Of a stretch of 64,000 nucleotides of DNA, positions 12,801-26,429 are shown in pieces. The stretch is from Nemertoderma westbladi. Taxonomy: Eukaryota; Animalia; Xenacoelomorpha. The stretch is taken from positions 1-64,000 of the forward strand of contig JAUCBJ010003381.1 in NCBI GenBank assembly GCA_032718475.1, in the 5' to 3' direction. A program made the translations under genes and the position numbers. Numbering within the stretch: position 1 is the first letter of the stretch; each line of letters starts with the position of its first letter. The notes under the pieces are model-generated. The model did no database searches. It was not told the origin of the DNA and worked only from the letters and a program-made list of their open reading frames with translations.

Positions 12801-13749
12801 TTTTCTTTCTTCGAGCCAACCATTGTTTCTAACTCAGTGGTTTTCTTCCTTCGAGCCAACCATTGTTTCTAACTCAGTGGTTTTCTTCCTTCGAGCCAAC
12901 CATTGTTTCTAACCCGGTGGTTTTCTTCCTTCGAGCCAACCATTGTTTCTAACTCAGTGGTTTTCTTCCTTCGAGCCAACCATTGTTTCTAACCCGGTGG
13001 TTTTCTTCCTTCGAGCCAACCATTGTTTCTAACCCGGTGGTTTTCTTCCTTCGAGCCAACCATTGTTTCTAACCCTGTGGTTTTCTTCCTTCGAGCCAAC
13101 CATTGTTTCTAACTCAGTGGTTTTCTTCCTTCGAGCCAACCATTGTTTCTAACCCGGTGGTTTTCTTCCTTCGAGCCAACCATTGTTTCTAACTCAGTGG
13201 TTTTCTTCCTTCGAGCCAACCATTGTTTCTAACCCGGTGGTTTTCTTCCTTCGAGCCAACCATTGTTTCTAACCCGGTGGTTTTCTTCCTTCGAGCCAAC
13301 CATTGTTTCTAACTCAGTGGTTTTCTTCCTTCGAGCCAACCATTGTTTCTAACCCGGTGGTTTTCTTCCTTCGAGCCAACCATTGTTTCTAACCCGGTGG
13401 TTTTCTTCCTTCGAGCCAACCATTGTTTCTAACCCTGTGGTTTTCTTCCTTCGAGCCAACCATTGTTTCTAACTCAGTGGTTTTCTTCCTTCGAGCCAAC
13501 CATTGTTTCTAACTCAGTGGTTTTCTTCCTTCGAGCCAACCATTGTTTCTAACTCAGTGGTTTTCTTCCTTCGAGCCAACCATTGTTTCTAACCCGGTGG
13601 TTTTCTTCCTTCGAGCCAACCATTGTTTCTAACCCGGTGGTTTTCTTCCTTCGAGCCAACCATTGTTTCTAACCCGGTGGTTTTCTTCCTTCGAGCCAAC
13701 CATTGTTTCTAACCCGGTGGTTTTCTTCCTTCGAGCCAACCATTGTTTC
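9831..13749. repeat. 40-bp minisatellite, ~98 copies, in eIF4B intron 3
   Basis: Unit AAC(CCG/CCT/TCA)GTGGTTTTCTTCCTTCGAGCCAACCATTGTTTCT, nearly invariant otherwise. Confidence 0.98.
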
Positions 13750-13966
13750 CCCAACCAACCAACTCTAAAGGCAATTAATTATCTTGGAATGTATTTTCAT
13801 TCTCATTCTTCATAAAATTAATATCATAAAATTTTCACTAATACTTGTTTCTCAACACTATCTATCTCATCATCACATACACGAAGTATCTAGTTACAAT
13901 TGTACTTAGTTGCACTAAATGACGTGAAGTTGTTGCCTTACTTGATCTCATACTCATGTCGCGTAG

Positions 13967-14098
13967 GTCACGAACATTCGTATTCCGGAGGTAGATGGAA
14001 GACCGAAAGGCTACGCCTACGTGGAGTTCGAAAAGGTTTCCGATCTTATAGCATCGCTGCAACTCGATGATATGCCGATGAACAATCGAAGAATTGAG
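13967..14098 (+). CDS. EIF4B: eIF4B exon 4 (RRM RNP1)
   Basis: CGTAG|VTNIRIPEVDGRPKGYAYVEFEKVSDLIASLQLDDMPMNNRRIE|GTGAGG; RNP1 KGYAYVEF; phase 0/0. Confidence 0.95.
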
Positions 14099-14189
14099 GT
14101 GAGGAATGCGGATGGGAGGGGGGGGGGGGGGGGGGGTAATAAAATGAGTGGTCCGTATCAATTCCGTGGTCGAAAACCGCTCAATTTCT

Positions 14190-14410
14190 ATGTATGTTAA
14201 GTATATTGGTAAATCTATTAGGCATCTTGGCGTATGTTTATGCGAACATATATACTTGAAAGTCTGACGTCATCAAACACGTCATGCGATGTTACTGATA
14301 AAATGACGAGATAACGTTATCCTTAGGGGCGAGTAGCTATACTTGTGACGTCACAATAGCACTTTGGTGAACCAATAAAATACATAACACCAAAATCAAC
14401 AGCGAATCGC
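14190..14410 (+). mobile_element. Penelope-like GIY-YIG endonuclease remnant
   Basis: YIGKSIRHLGVCLCEH (cf. YIGxTxRxLxxRxxEH) and a downstream PKIN-like motif, degenerate. Confidence 0.55.
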
Positions 14411-15021
14411 GAATCGAGGTTATGAAGTGTTCATTCTAAGTGGCGATAAAGATGAAGAACACCACATTGACTGGGTAGATAAGGACGAGGTAGAGTTAGA
14501 CCCCGGAAGTGGCACAATATTCGATCCGATCGTATACCTGGTGCACTTCCGGTGATCGATGTCGAAACTCAGATGTCGTCATTCCCGTGGGAGTGAATAT
14601 GTGGGTGTTTAGTCATTGTGTACTGTACCGCTGAATTAATGAAGTATTAACATTTAGTTTTAATAACATAATGATTTCAAATTTAACAGTTTTTATTAAC
14701 TATACTGGGTATTTTTGTGACGTGACGTTCAAGACTCGTTTTGAAGTACAAAATTCGTGACAGATTGTGAAAGAGGCGGGAGGGGGGGGGGTGCAAATCG
14801 TCATAAAAAAACGTGACATCATTTATGCACGGCCCCTTCGCTACAAGAAACATCAATGTTATTTCCGTAACCTAGTTATTAATAATGCTAAATCCTTTGC
14901 ATTGAAATTACAGCTCTCCGGAAGTCGCCGCTTCGTTCCCAGCATGATGGGGATAGTTTTCGTTTCGGCATGAACGCTTTAAAGGGACTAGCCTGGGCGC
15001 ATCTCTGCCTCGCATCCTTAA

Positions 15022-16676
15022 CACTTAAACTGGTAGAAATACATTTGTGTTTTCAGAATACAATGTTGACTTGGTCATGTATATATTTCGTTGTTGTATT
15101 GACTTGGTAAAAACACAAATGTGTTTACAGTTTTATGTCACGAGTTGGTCTAACCATTTTAGAAACTACGTTTCGAGTTGGTACGAACACAAATTTGTGT
15201 TTTAGTAAGAATTGTCTGACTTGGTGAGATGTTTTTTATGAGGTTTATCCCACTTGGTCAGCGTTTTCTTTGGATTTTATAATTATTTAGATGTTCATGT
15301 ACAAAAATCTTTCTATTAAAATAAGGAGAAAGTTGTTTTTATTTTATTTGTATTGATGTATTTTACATTAAATACAAGATAAACAGTTAAACATTTAAGA
15401 CAGAAAGTTAGACAAACAGTTTTAATCAGTTAGATAAACAGTTAATAAGAATCAGAGTTAATGTGGCTATCATCTGTCCCATAAACTTTTTTCGTATGAT
15501 AGTTTTCTATAGATTAAATTAGATAATAATAGATTAAAATAGTAAATAAATAATAATAGATTAAAATAGTAAATAAATAATAATAGATTAAAATAGTAAA
15601 TAAATAATAATAGATTAAAATAGTAAATAAATAATAATAGATTAAAATAGTAAATAAATAATAATAGATTAAAATAGTAAATAAATAATAATAGATTAAA
15701 ATAGTAAATAAATAATAATAGATTAAAATAGTAAATAAATAATAATAGATTAAAATAGTAAATAAATAATAATAGATTAAAATAGTAAATAAATAATAAT
15801 AGATTAAAATAGTAAATAAATAATAATAAATTAAAATAATAAATTCATTAATAAATAAGTTTCTCCAATTTGATAAACATGAATCGAATGAATACCGGAG
15901 TAGAAAAGTTTTCCACGCCATAAAAAAAAATCCATCCAAATAAAGATGGTAGTTAAAAGAGTAAAATATAGTTATTTTCTTCCACAGTGGGTATAGCAAT
16001 CCGTTGATACTAAAACGAAGTAACGAAGAACCATTTATTTTAAGTTTATTGGGTGTGGGAATATTGCAGCCGAAGTCTTGAGATTCAGTTATTGTTGTGA
16101 AGCATACCTGTGGGAAAACCTTATGTGTGGGTGTTGGGGATGCCAAACTGGCGGATATGAGGTATCGGAAGAAAGCGGGCTATCTAGTAGTGGTAATCTT
16201 TTGTTCATCCGACCTAATGTTAAAAAACGGCCATTACTTAAACTTTTCTATATTTTAGAATCTTTCTCACACCACTGTGTCTGCCATAGTGGGCGATTCG
16301 AGATGATTCAACTACCATTGTGCAGCTCTACATTCAAGCGATTGAATGGCGGTAATGATAAACCCATAGGGATTCATTAAGTAGTAGTATTATAAGAATA
16401 CGTAAAATATGTCTAAAACACAAAAAAGCGTCACAACCAAGTGGATAGCCGCTCAGGCAAACACATATTTGTGTTCTTACCAACTCAGAGAACGTCAATC
16501 GATTTTTTCCCACCAGTTCGCGTACATTCACATAAAGCACAAATTTGTGTTTCTACCAAGTCAGATGAGTTTACAAATTTATACCTGACCAAATGCGATA
16601 CAAATTGATAAAACACATATTTGCGTTCCTACTAAGTCGAAACAAAAGTAAATGAAGACGCTGACCAGTTTAAGTG
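15022..16676. mobile_element. Non-autonomous TIR DNA transposon flanked by TTAA (piggyBac-like)
   Basis: TTAA-CACTTAAACTGGT ... ACCAGTTTAAGTG-TTAA; subterminal ACACAAATTTGTGT-type motifs at both ends. Confidence 0.65.
15515..15840. repeat. 27-bp AT-rich minisatellite, ~11-12 copies
   Basis: Unit ATAATAATAGATTAAAATAGTAAATAA; explains the spurious LFTILIYYY ORF. Confidence 0.95.
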
Positions 16677-16688
16677 TTAAGGATACAT

Positions 16689-17127
16689 CAGGGTTGCCAC
16701 TCACATGGAATACTCATAGATTTTCATGTTTTCTTGAAATGTCGGGGAATTCTAGTGAAAATTGGACAAATCAGGGAAAAGTCGGGGAATGCGATATACA
16801 GTAAATGTGTCATGAGCGAAAATGTGTAAAATAAATTTTACTCGCTTCGCTCGCCGTTTTGTTTCCTCACATCACTAAATATAAATATAAAGTTAAAATT
16901 TGTCAAGAAGAAGAAATATAGATAGAAGTCAATTAATATTTTTCAAAAGATTAATATGTGTAAAGTGGCATTTTGCTATTTACTGTGGTTTGTTACACGT
17001 TTCGTGGGGCCTTGGCTCATAACCTGAGAAGCTTTAATGCGAGTACCTGTTTGTATTTCTATTTACATTTACAGTAATTTTTTAAAAAGTCAGGGAAATT
17101 TGAAACTGAAATAGAGTGGCAACCTTG
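16689..17127. mobile_element. hAT-like MITE
   Basis: TIRs CAGGGTTGCCACTC / GAGTGGCAACCTTG; TSD not clean. Confidence 0.6.
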
Positions 17128-19336
17128 TAACATTTTTCGATTCAAAAAAGTACCCATAAATCGAAAAAAATACAAAATATCGCGATTTTTTACACAAAGA
17201 ATGCCATAACTTTTTTTAAACAAAATTTCAAAATTCTGTCAACACAATTTTTGCGCGGAATATTCCTCTACATAATTCTGCAAAGAGAACGAAATTCAGT
17301 TGAGTTGTAGTTAAAAAGTAGATAGAGAAAGTGTCCCAACAAAGGCAACGCGAGTAAAAAGACTTTGAAATGTACTCCTGATTTCAACAATAACCAAACA
17401 TGCACCAAAAGTGAACCATTTTTTACATTTTTTCAAAAGTGATCTTTTTTTGCGGGTTTGATACCTATAGGCCAATTTTCGGCGCTGATTCCGAAAACGG
17501 CAATATATTTCGAAATTGTTTGGTGTTTGATGATCTTTTTGGTGTCAATTGTGGTGAGTGGTGCTGCACCAAAATAACAATTTTCAAATTTTGGGTGAAA
17601 ATTACAAAAGTTGCTATAACTCGAGAACGAAACAACTTATCGACAATTGAGATTCGGAATCACCATGAAATGATAATCGGAAAACACATTAAAAAGTCTG
17701 ATGAAAAAAGACTGAACCCCCCCCCCCCCCCCCCCCTTTAAATGAGTACTGGAGTTTCGAGTTTCCTCTGGGCAGTATAGTTCTGGCGTAGTGGCACCAG
17801 GACTACATTACATGGGCTGAAGTCCAATGCTGCTATTGGATGTAGGACAATTTGTATATTGTAGGACATATCGTTATTTATTTTTCTAAAAAGTAATGTT
17901 CTAGAACAAATATTTTTTGTTCTCGAACATTAAAAAAAAATTTATTTTGTGGTGTTTTTTATTTGATTAAGTGTTAAAAAAAACTGTTACTAACAACTAC
18001 AAATTTTCATTATAGATAGTGATTTTTATTAAATATGTGATACAAAGATAACATAGAATAAAAAATTTACCAAATTAACAAATTAGCTAGTTTTTTTGTG
18101 TTTTTGTTCTGGAACAAATAATATTTGTTCTAGAACAAAATTTTTATATTGAATGTGAACAGATAATATGTTCTAGAACATTTTTTTTAAAAAAAGGAAA
18201 CAAAAACTAGCTAGTTTAAAAAATGTATACAAAGATTACATACAATAAAAAATGAAAGAGGTAAACAAATTAGCTAGTTTTTTTCTATTTTTTGTTCTAG
18301 AACAAAAAATATTTGTTTTAGAACAACATTTTTATATTAAATGAATAGATTATATGTTCTAGAACATTTTTTTTAAGTAACAAAACCTAGCAGTATAAAA
18401 ATTTGAGGGGGGGGGGGGGGGGTGTGCACAAAACACACTAGTACCATTCGGTCCCAGACAATTCGGTCCCAAAACACAAAATAAATGGGACAGAATTGTC
18501 CGGGACCGAATTGTCCGGTTCCTGATAGCAACTTTTTAGTGCTTTTTTGATATTGATGAATGTTCTAGAACATTAGTAGATATATTTTTTTATGGTATCT
18601 AGTGTTTTTTTACTAGCTAGAATGTTTTTAAATTTTTTAAATACTGTATTTTTTTTAATTTTTGTTATTGGTAGGATATGTTCGGCTAAGTGTTCGAGAA
18701 CATTATTATATATTATTTATTAAGGTGTAGCTAGTGTTTTTTTACTACTGTAGCTAGCATTTTCTTGAATTTATAAAAAAATTTATTGATACTTCAGAAT
18801 TAGTGCTAAACTGTTGCAGAATATATTAATTACCAAAAATATTAATGATATTATAACAGTTTAAGCTGAACAGAACATCGTGTGGCAGTACAGTATTTTA
18901 ATATAAATTCTGCAAAGTGTCCCTGAATGCGATCCAGCTATTATCTAGGATAATAATTTAGGCTTGTTAACAAACCAACAACACATATACATACGCAATA
19001 CTGTATATATATAAAAAAAGTTTTAAACATTTTAAATACAATACATACTATTACTAGCTAGTAAATAATTCACAAGCTCCATAAAAACACCATAGCTACC
19101 ATAACTAATAATGTTAACAAAAGAAAAGTAAACTTTTTTTATTAAAAAAAAAATACTAGCTAGTAAAAAAAACACTAGTTACCATAACTAATAATGTTAA
19201 CAAAAGAAAAGTAAAATTTTTCTATTTTCAAAAAAATACTAGCTAGTAAAAAAACACTAGCTACCATATAATAATATATATTAAGGTTCTAGAACATTCA
19301 CCATTATATAGTACCAATACTACCAATTAGGCTAAA

Positions 19337-19740
19337 TTTGGTCCCGGACAATTCGGTCCCATTATTATGTATGTTTTGGGACCGAATTGTCCTAGTCAGT
19401 ATCCGGACAATTCGGTCCCGGACAATTCGGTCCCATTAATATGCATGTTTTGGCACCGAATTGTCGTAGTCAGTATCCGGACAATTCGGTACCGGACAAT
19501 TCGGTCCCGGACAATTTGGTCCCGGACAATTTGGTCCCGGACAATTCGGTACCGGACAATTCGGCCCCGGACAATTCGGTCCCATTATTATGTATGTTTT
19601 GGGACCGAATTGTCGTAGTCAGTATCCGGACAATTCGGTCCCGGACAATTCGGTCCCAAACTCAAAATTAACGGGACCGAATTGTCCGGGACAGAATTGT
19701 CCGGGACCAAATTGTACGGGACCGAATTGTCCTGCTTCCG
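19337..19740. repeat. 15-bp GGACAATTCGGTCCC arrays in direct and inverted orientation (MITE-type subterminal repeats); related patch at ~18445-18520
   Basis: Direct arrays followed by reverse-complement GGGACCGAATTGTCC arrays. Confidence 0.8.
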
Positions 19741-19889
19741 CTGCTATTATCTAATACTTTTTGTTTGATTATTTATTTCTAATTTACTAAATTATGAACT
19801 CTGAATGACTTTTAAATTCCAAAATGCAGATATATTACCGGCTGAAAAAAAAATGAGAAAACAATTTTTTACATTTACGACAAAACTGA

Positions 19890-20775
19890 CATAGACCATA
19901 CACATAGACCATACACATAGACCATACACATAGACCATACACATAGACCATACACATACACATAGACCATACACATAGACCATACATATAGACCATACAC
20001 ATAGACCATACACGACCATACACATAGACATACACATAGGCCATACACATAGACCATACACATAGACCATACACACACATAGGCCATACACATAGACCAT
20101 ACACATAGACCATACACATAGACCATACACATAGACCATACGCATACACACACATAGGCCATACACATAGACCATACACATAGACCATACACATAGACCA
20201 TACACATAGACCATACACATAGACCATACATATAGGCCATACACGACCACACACATAGACCATACACATAGACCATACACATAGACCATACACATAGACC
20301 ATACATATAGACCATACACATAGACCATACACATAGGCCATACACATAGACCATACACGACCTCACACATAGACCATACACATAGACCATACACATATAC
20401 CATACACATAGACCATAAACATAGACCATACACATAGACCATACATATAGACCATACACATAGACCATACATATAGACCAAGACCATACACATAGACCAT
20501 ACATATAGACCATACACATAGACCATACATATAGACCATACACATAGACCATACACATAGACCATACACATAGACCATACACTAGCCATACACATAGACC
20601 ATACACATAGACCATACACATAGACCATACATATAGACCATACACACACATAGACCATACACATAGACCACACACATAGACCATACACATAGACCATACA
20701 CATAGACCATACACATAGACCATACACATAGACCATACATATAGGCCATACACATAGACCATACATATAGGCCAT
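19890..20775. repeat. 13-bp minisatellite (ATAGACCATACAC)n
   Basis: Direct reading; gives the 13-aa periodic spurious ORFs. Confidence 0.97.
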
Positions 20776-22808
20776 TTATAGATACCAATTAATTTAGAAA
20801 AATCTATATAATGATTTATGCTTGACTCGTTGACTTCTTGGCTGTAATTTGATGTTTATCTAAATACAAAATCGTGTGTTGTTTTTACTATTTGTGGCGG
20901 TGCAGAAACATGGTTTTTAAATCTTCATAAATCGTTGATCCATATTGACCTTGGTCGACTGAATCAAACTGAGTCATCGTCTGTGTCCGTTCAGTTTTAC
21001 TGATCACTGTCGCCATTTTCTTTGCTCATTTGCTTTAAAGTGGTTATATTGGACGTTTCGCCATAATTGATTACAGTAGGCCTACACGTTCAACTATTAT
21101 TTACATACAGTAGCTAGTCCCGTCACTGCTAACTGGATAATAAAGCAGCAATCATTAACATAAATGTAAATAATACATTCTGGAATACGGTAATTGAAGT
21201 TGTTTCCCATGTTATTGATTACTTTGCAGCGTTCCGTCCTATAGGCCGCAACGCTTCTCGGTTGTTAGGCAACGCCTAAATGTTGTTATAGAGGCGTCGC
21301 GGAATTATATGTGGTACCTTGCAGCGTTACGATTAATTCACCAGAACGCTGACAAAGTTTACATAATGTAACAAAAATGCCGATTTTTTTTGACGAATTC
21401 GAAGATCATCGACGTTAGAAACTTTTGACAGAGGGACATTTCGATTGAAAGTTTTAAAGTTGGTCGACGAAGTCGAGGGAAAGATTTTTGACGCGCATCG
21501 CGCCCGCGTTTTCATGCGTATCGCGCTTACGAGGTCGAAATTCAAAAATCGAGCTCCTTAAAGTTTCCTAGAATTTTCTCCTCAATCTTTTATAGTTTCA
21601 CCATTTTTCCATAGCTTGCCCCCTTGTATGGTCTAGCCGTCTGGAGATGAAAACTCCACACAGGTGGTCCTTCTCGGTTGTTGGGCAACGCCTAAATGTT
21701 GTTATAGAGGCGTCGCGGAATTAAAAGGGTTGGGACCGGGCAACAGTTCTAGAAGGGCTTACGAATATGAATATATTCGTGTTTTTTTTTACATTACAGC
21801 TCCGGTGAGTTAAGGAATTATATTAATAATTAATTTAATAGCACAAGTAATATAATTGGACAGTTATCTTTATACCCAACACCAACAACACTAAGTAAGG
21901 AGCACATTCAGCACAAGTACATTGAACTACTTGTAGAATGGATCTTATGGGTTAGACGTAGCGAGTTCCGCCATTGACTGGTAGAGGGCGAAGGAAATAG
22001 CATGGTAGCGACCGGGGTAAGTAAGTGCGTTGGCAAAAGCGGCAAATGGTATTGGGGGAAATTAACTGACTAAGTGGAATGTGCATATTTTGTTGGAACT
22101 AGTGACACGTGGCTCTTGTGACCACATGTAGATTCTTTTGATTGGATAATCGGGAAAAACATGTTGAAAGTCGGATCCTGCAGGTAATTTTCTGAGATAA
22201 AGTTATGTTCGCGGTTTGTTTGAAATACGTTTTATTGCTCACTAACATCAGGCGTATAATATATTTGGAGTTCTAACAAGTATATTTTGTGTATTTTCGT
22301 TACGAGTTGCAGAAGACGGGAAGAGCGCATATAGCGCCATTAGAAAGATTTTCACCCTGAATAATTTTTGGCCTTCATCGACAGATAGAAATTTAAGATT
22401 TCTTATAGACCCAACATATTCAAGTTGTTGATAATTAATTAGTTTTAAACTTGAACTTTTTAAAAAATTCTGAAGTTTCTGAATATAGTTACCAAAATCT
22501 GGACTTTTTGTCCCGGACTTTTGGAGTTTTGACCCAGACTTTTCTTCCCAGACATTTGGAGTTTGGACCCGGACTTTTTGTCCCGGACTATATTTGGAAT
22601 TGCTCATTTAGGTAAAGATAATAAAATATTATATTGATAAACAAAGGATATTTCATAGTTTTTTCCGTATTATTTTAATTTATTTATAGTTTTTTCCGTA
22701 TTATTTTAATTTATTTACTGCATTTATTCACAAGTATTGCGTTTTTTTAATAACGCTGGCAGAACTGCAGCAGATGTTATATTTATGGCTTCATGGGTAT
22801 ATATAAAA

Positions 22809-25171
22809 ATCTGTATATGTCTGTCTATGTGTAATAATCTGTATATCTGTCTATGTGTAATAATCTGTATATCTGTCTATGTGTAATAATCTGTATATCT
22901 GTCTATGTGTAATAATCTGTATATCTGTCTATGTGTAATAATCTGTATATCTGTCTATGTGTAATAATCTGTATATCTGTCTATGTGTAATAATCTGTAT
23001 ATCTGTCTATGTGTAATAATCTGTATATCTGTCTATGTGTAATAATCTGTATATCTGTCTATGTGTAATAATCTGTATATCTGTCTATGTGTAATAATCT
23101 GTATGTCTGTCTATGTGTAATAATCTGTATATCTGTCTATGTGTAATAATCTGTATATCTGTCTATGTGTAATAATCTGTATCTGTCTATGTGTAATAAT
23201 CTGTTTATCTGTCTATGTGTAATAATCTGTATATCTGTCTATGTGTAATAATCTGTATATCTGTCTATGTGTAATAATCTGTATATCTGTCTATGTGTAA
23301 TAATCTGTATCTGTCTATGTGTAATAATCTGTATATCTGTCTATGTGTAATAATCTGTATGTCTGTCTATGTGTAATAATCTGTATATCTGTCTATGTGT
23401 AATAATCTGTTTATCTGTCTATGTGTAATAATCTGTATATCTGTCTATGTGTAATAATCTGTATGTCTGTCTATGTGTAATAATCTGTATATCTGTCTAT
23501 GTGTAATAATCTGTATATCTGTCTATGTGTAATAATCTGTATCTGTCTATGTGTAATAATCTGTATATCTGTCTATGTGTAATAATCTGTATATCTGTCT
23601 ATGTGTAATAATCTGTATCTGTCTATGTATAATAATCTGTATATCTGTCTATGTGTAATAATCTGTATGTCTGTCTATGTGTAATAATCTGTATATCTGT
23701 CTATGTGTAATAATCTGTTTATCTGTCTATGTGTAATAATCTGTATGTCTGTCTATGTGCAATAATCTGTATATCTGTCTATGTGTAATAATCTGTATAT
23801 CTGTCTATGTGTAATAATCTGTATATCTGTCTATGTGTAATAATCTGTATATCTGTCTATGTGTAATAATCTGTATATCTGTCTATGTGTAATAATCTGT
23901 ATCTGTCTATGTGTAATAATCTGTCTATGTGTAATAATCTGTATATCTGTCTATGTGTAATAATCTGTATATCTGTCTGTGTAATAATCTGTTTATCTGT
24001 CTATGTGTAATAATCTGTTTATCTGTCTTTGTGTAATAATCTGTTTATCTGTCTATGTGTAATAATCTGTATATCTGTCTATGTGTAATAATCTGTATGT
24101 CTGTCTATGTGTAATAATCTGTATATCTGTCTATGTGTAATAATCTGTATGTCTGTCTATGTGTAATAATCTGTATGTCTGTCTATGTGTAATAATCTGT
24201 ATATCTGTCTATGTGTAATAATCTGTATATCTGTCTATGTGTAATAATCTGTTTATCTGTCTATGTGTAATAATCTGTATATCTGTCTTTGTGTAATAAT
24301 CTGTATATCTGTCTATGTGTAATAATCTGTATATCTGTCTATGTGTAATAATCTGTATGTCTGTCTATGTGTAATAATCTGTATATCTGTCTATGTGTAA
24401 TAATCTGTATATCTGTCTATGTGTAATAATCTGTATATCTGTCTATGTGTAATAATCTGTCTATGTGTAATAATCTGTATATCTGTCTATGTGTAATAAT
24501 CTGTATATCTGTCTATGTGTAATAATCTGTCTATGTGTAATAATCTGTTTATCTGTCTTTGTGTAATAATCTGTTTATCTGTCTATGTGTAATAATCTGT
24601 ATATCTGTCTGTGTCTATGTGTAATAATCTGTATGTCTGTCTATGTGTAATAATCTGTATATCTGTCTATGTGTAATAATCTGTATATCTGTCTATGTGT
24701 AATAATCTGTATGTCTGTCTATGTGTAATAATCTGTATATCTGTCTATGTGTAATAATCTGTATATCTGTCTATGTGTAATAATCTGTTTATCTGTCTAT
24801 GTGTAATAATCTGTATATCTGTCTATGTGTAATAATCTGTATATCTGTCTATGTGTAATAATCTGTATATCTGTCTATGTGTAATAATCTGTATATCTGT
24901 CTATGTGTAATAATCTGTATGTCTGTCTATGTGTAATAATCTGTATATCTGTCTATGTGTAATAATCTGTATATCTGTCTATGTGTAATAATCTGTATCT
25001 GTCTATGTGTAATAATCTGTATATCTGTCTATGTGTAATAATCTGTATATCTGTCTATGTGTAATAATCTGTATATCTGTCTATGTGTAGTAATCTGTAT
25101 ATCTGTCTATGTGTAATTATCTGTCTATGTGTAATAATCTGTATGTCTGTCTATGTGTAATAATCTGTATA
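22809..25171. repeat. 26-bp minisatellite (CTGTATATCTGTCTATGTGTAATAAT)n, ~90 copies
   Basis: Direct reading; lies just 3' of the Aster-like gene stop. Confidence 0.97.
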
Positions 25172-25381
25172 TAGTATTATGTAATCGCATAAAAATTTAA
25201 AAAATGTGTGAAATGCTAACTTAACTCAAACTATAAAAATAATTTAATACGTAATAGTTAGCTTATCTTCTACTTCTATTACTTTTTTGTATCTAAATTA
25301 ATTTTGTTTTATTTAAAATACTATTAATTGTACAAAATATATGTAGCTCTATTATTTACACATTTTACATCTATGTGAAAT

Positions 25382-26066
25382 TTAATCGTCAGTACCATCG
25401 TGACGTAATGTACTCAACACTATCTTCAGTGCTTCCACCTCTTTAATTGTTTTATGCACTAGCGACTGCAGATGATCGATGTTGCCCTCAGCTGCGAGCC
25501 CGCCAGTGGTGTCAGGTGGTGTGGTTCGAGGCATGTGGTACTTGCCATACAGTTGCGAGTAGCGTAAGTTCTTTTCGATGGCGGTGAGACGCAAAAGGAA
25601 TGAGACATTGCCAACTAGCAGACAAAGTATTACCAGAGATAACACCGCTATTATAGTAGGAGTCAAGTCGGAGGGGCTGTTGTGTGTCACTGTTCTTCTC
25701 GGTGTAGTGTCTTGACTGGCACTATTTGCGACCTCATCACCGTTTTCAGTTGATTCATTCGTCTCATTTCTGCTATTGGCACCGCTATTATTGTTAGTTA
25801 TGGTTGTGTCTGAGACCCCTTGTATCTTCCTGGGGCTTTCTGGTTCTCTGTGGCGCCGTTTGGCGACCTGCTTGACTTTCGGGGCCTTTACTAGCAATGT
25901 TTTTTTCATGTACGACACCATTTCTCCATAATGGCGATACAGTGCGTTGAGGGATGCTTTCTCTATGACGCTTTTCATAAATCTCCAAAGAGGTTTTTTC
26001 CTATATACCGACTGCATAGTAACCATGATATTTGTTTGGTTTTTTGCTTCGCTTGTTATGTAGTAC
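25382..26066 (-). CDS. GRAMD1: Aster/GRAMD1-like gene, last exon (VASt C-terminus, TM helix, C-terminal helix)
   Basis: GCAG|G YYITSEAKNQTNIMV..VYRKKPLWRFMKSVIEK (cf. GRAMD1 YRKQPWGLVKxFIEK); TM IIAVLSLVILCLLVGNVSFLLRL; stop TAA. Confidence 0.88.
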
Positions 26067-26429
26067 CTGCAACATAAATATAACTATTTTATTAGGTGTA
26101 TCTATATTAGTGTTGCAATGGGATCGGGGTCCACAATTTTCGGGATTGGGATTTTTAATTTGATCTCGGGCTCGGCCATACTATACTCATCCAAAACCTA
26201 AAATAGCTATCTGCCCTGCCCTCTTTATGGGTGTAAAAAACTTTCGAGAAATCGCATGTACTAAAAAATGCAGATATGTAAAAATCTCCATTGACTTTTT
26301 TTTTAAATGGTTCACAGACGTAGTTTATTTCTCACATACGTATTTCATTTCACATACGTTTTTAATATAAATTTTATTATAGGAACTAGTCTAGGGGTCT
26401 TAACCTTGAATGATAAGTATGTTTTACCG

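Noticed and set aside
9831-13749. CRISPR-like appearance of regular repeats (also 35645-38878)
   Set aside because: No unique spacers, no cas genes, eukaryotic context; these are simple tandem arrays.
14914-14973. Possible alternative terminal eIF4B exon (TACAG|LSGSRRF..*)
   Set aside because: In phase, but has no eIF4B similarity and would truncate the RRM; 44881 fits much better.
15514-16146. 210-aa hydrophobic ORF
   Set aside because: Largely the 27-bp repeat inside a TIR element.
19792-20788. Long Cys/Met/Val/Tyr-rich ORFs
   Set aside because: Translations of a stop-free 13-bp repeat in several frames.
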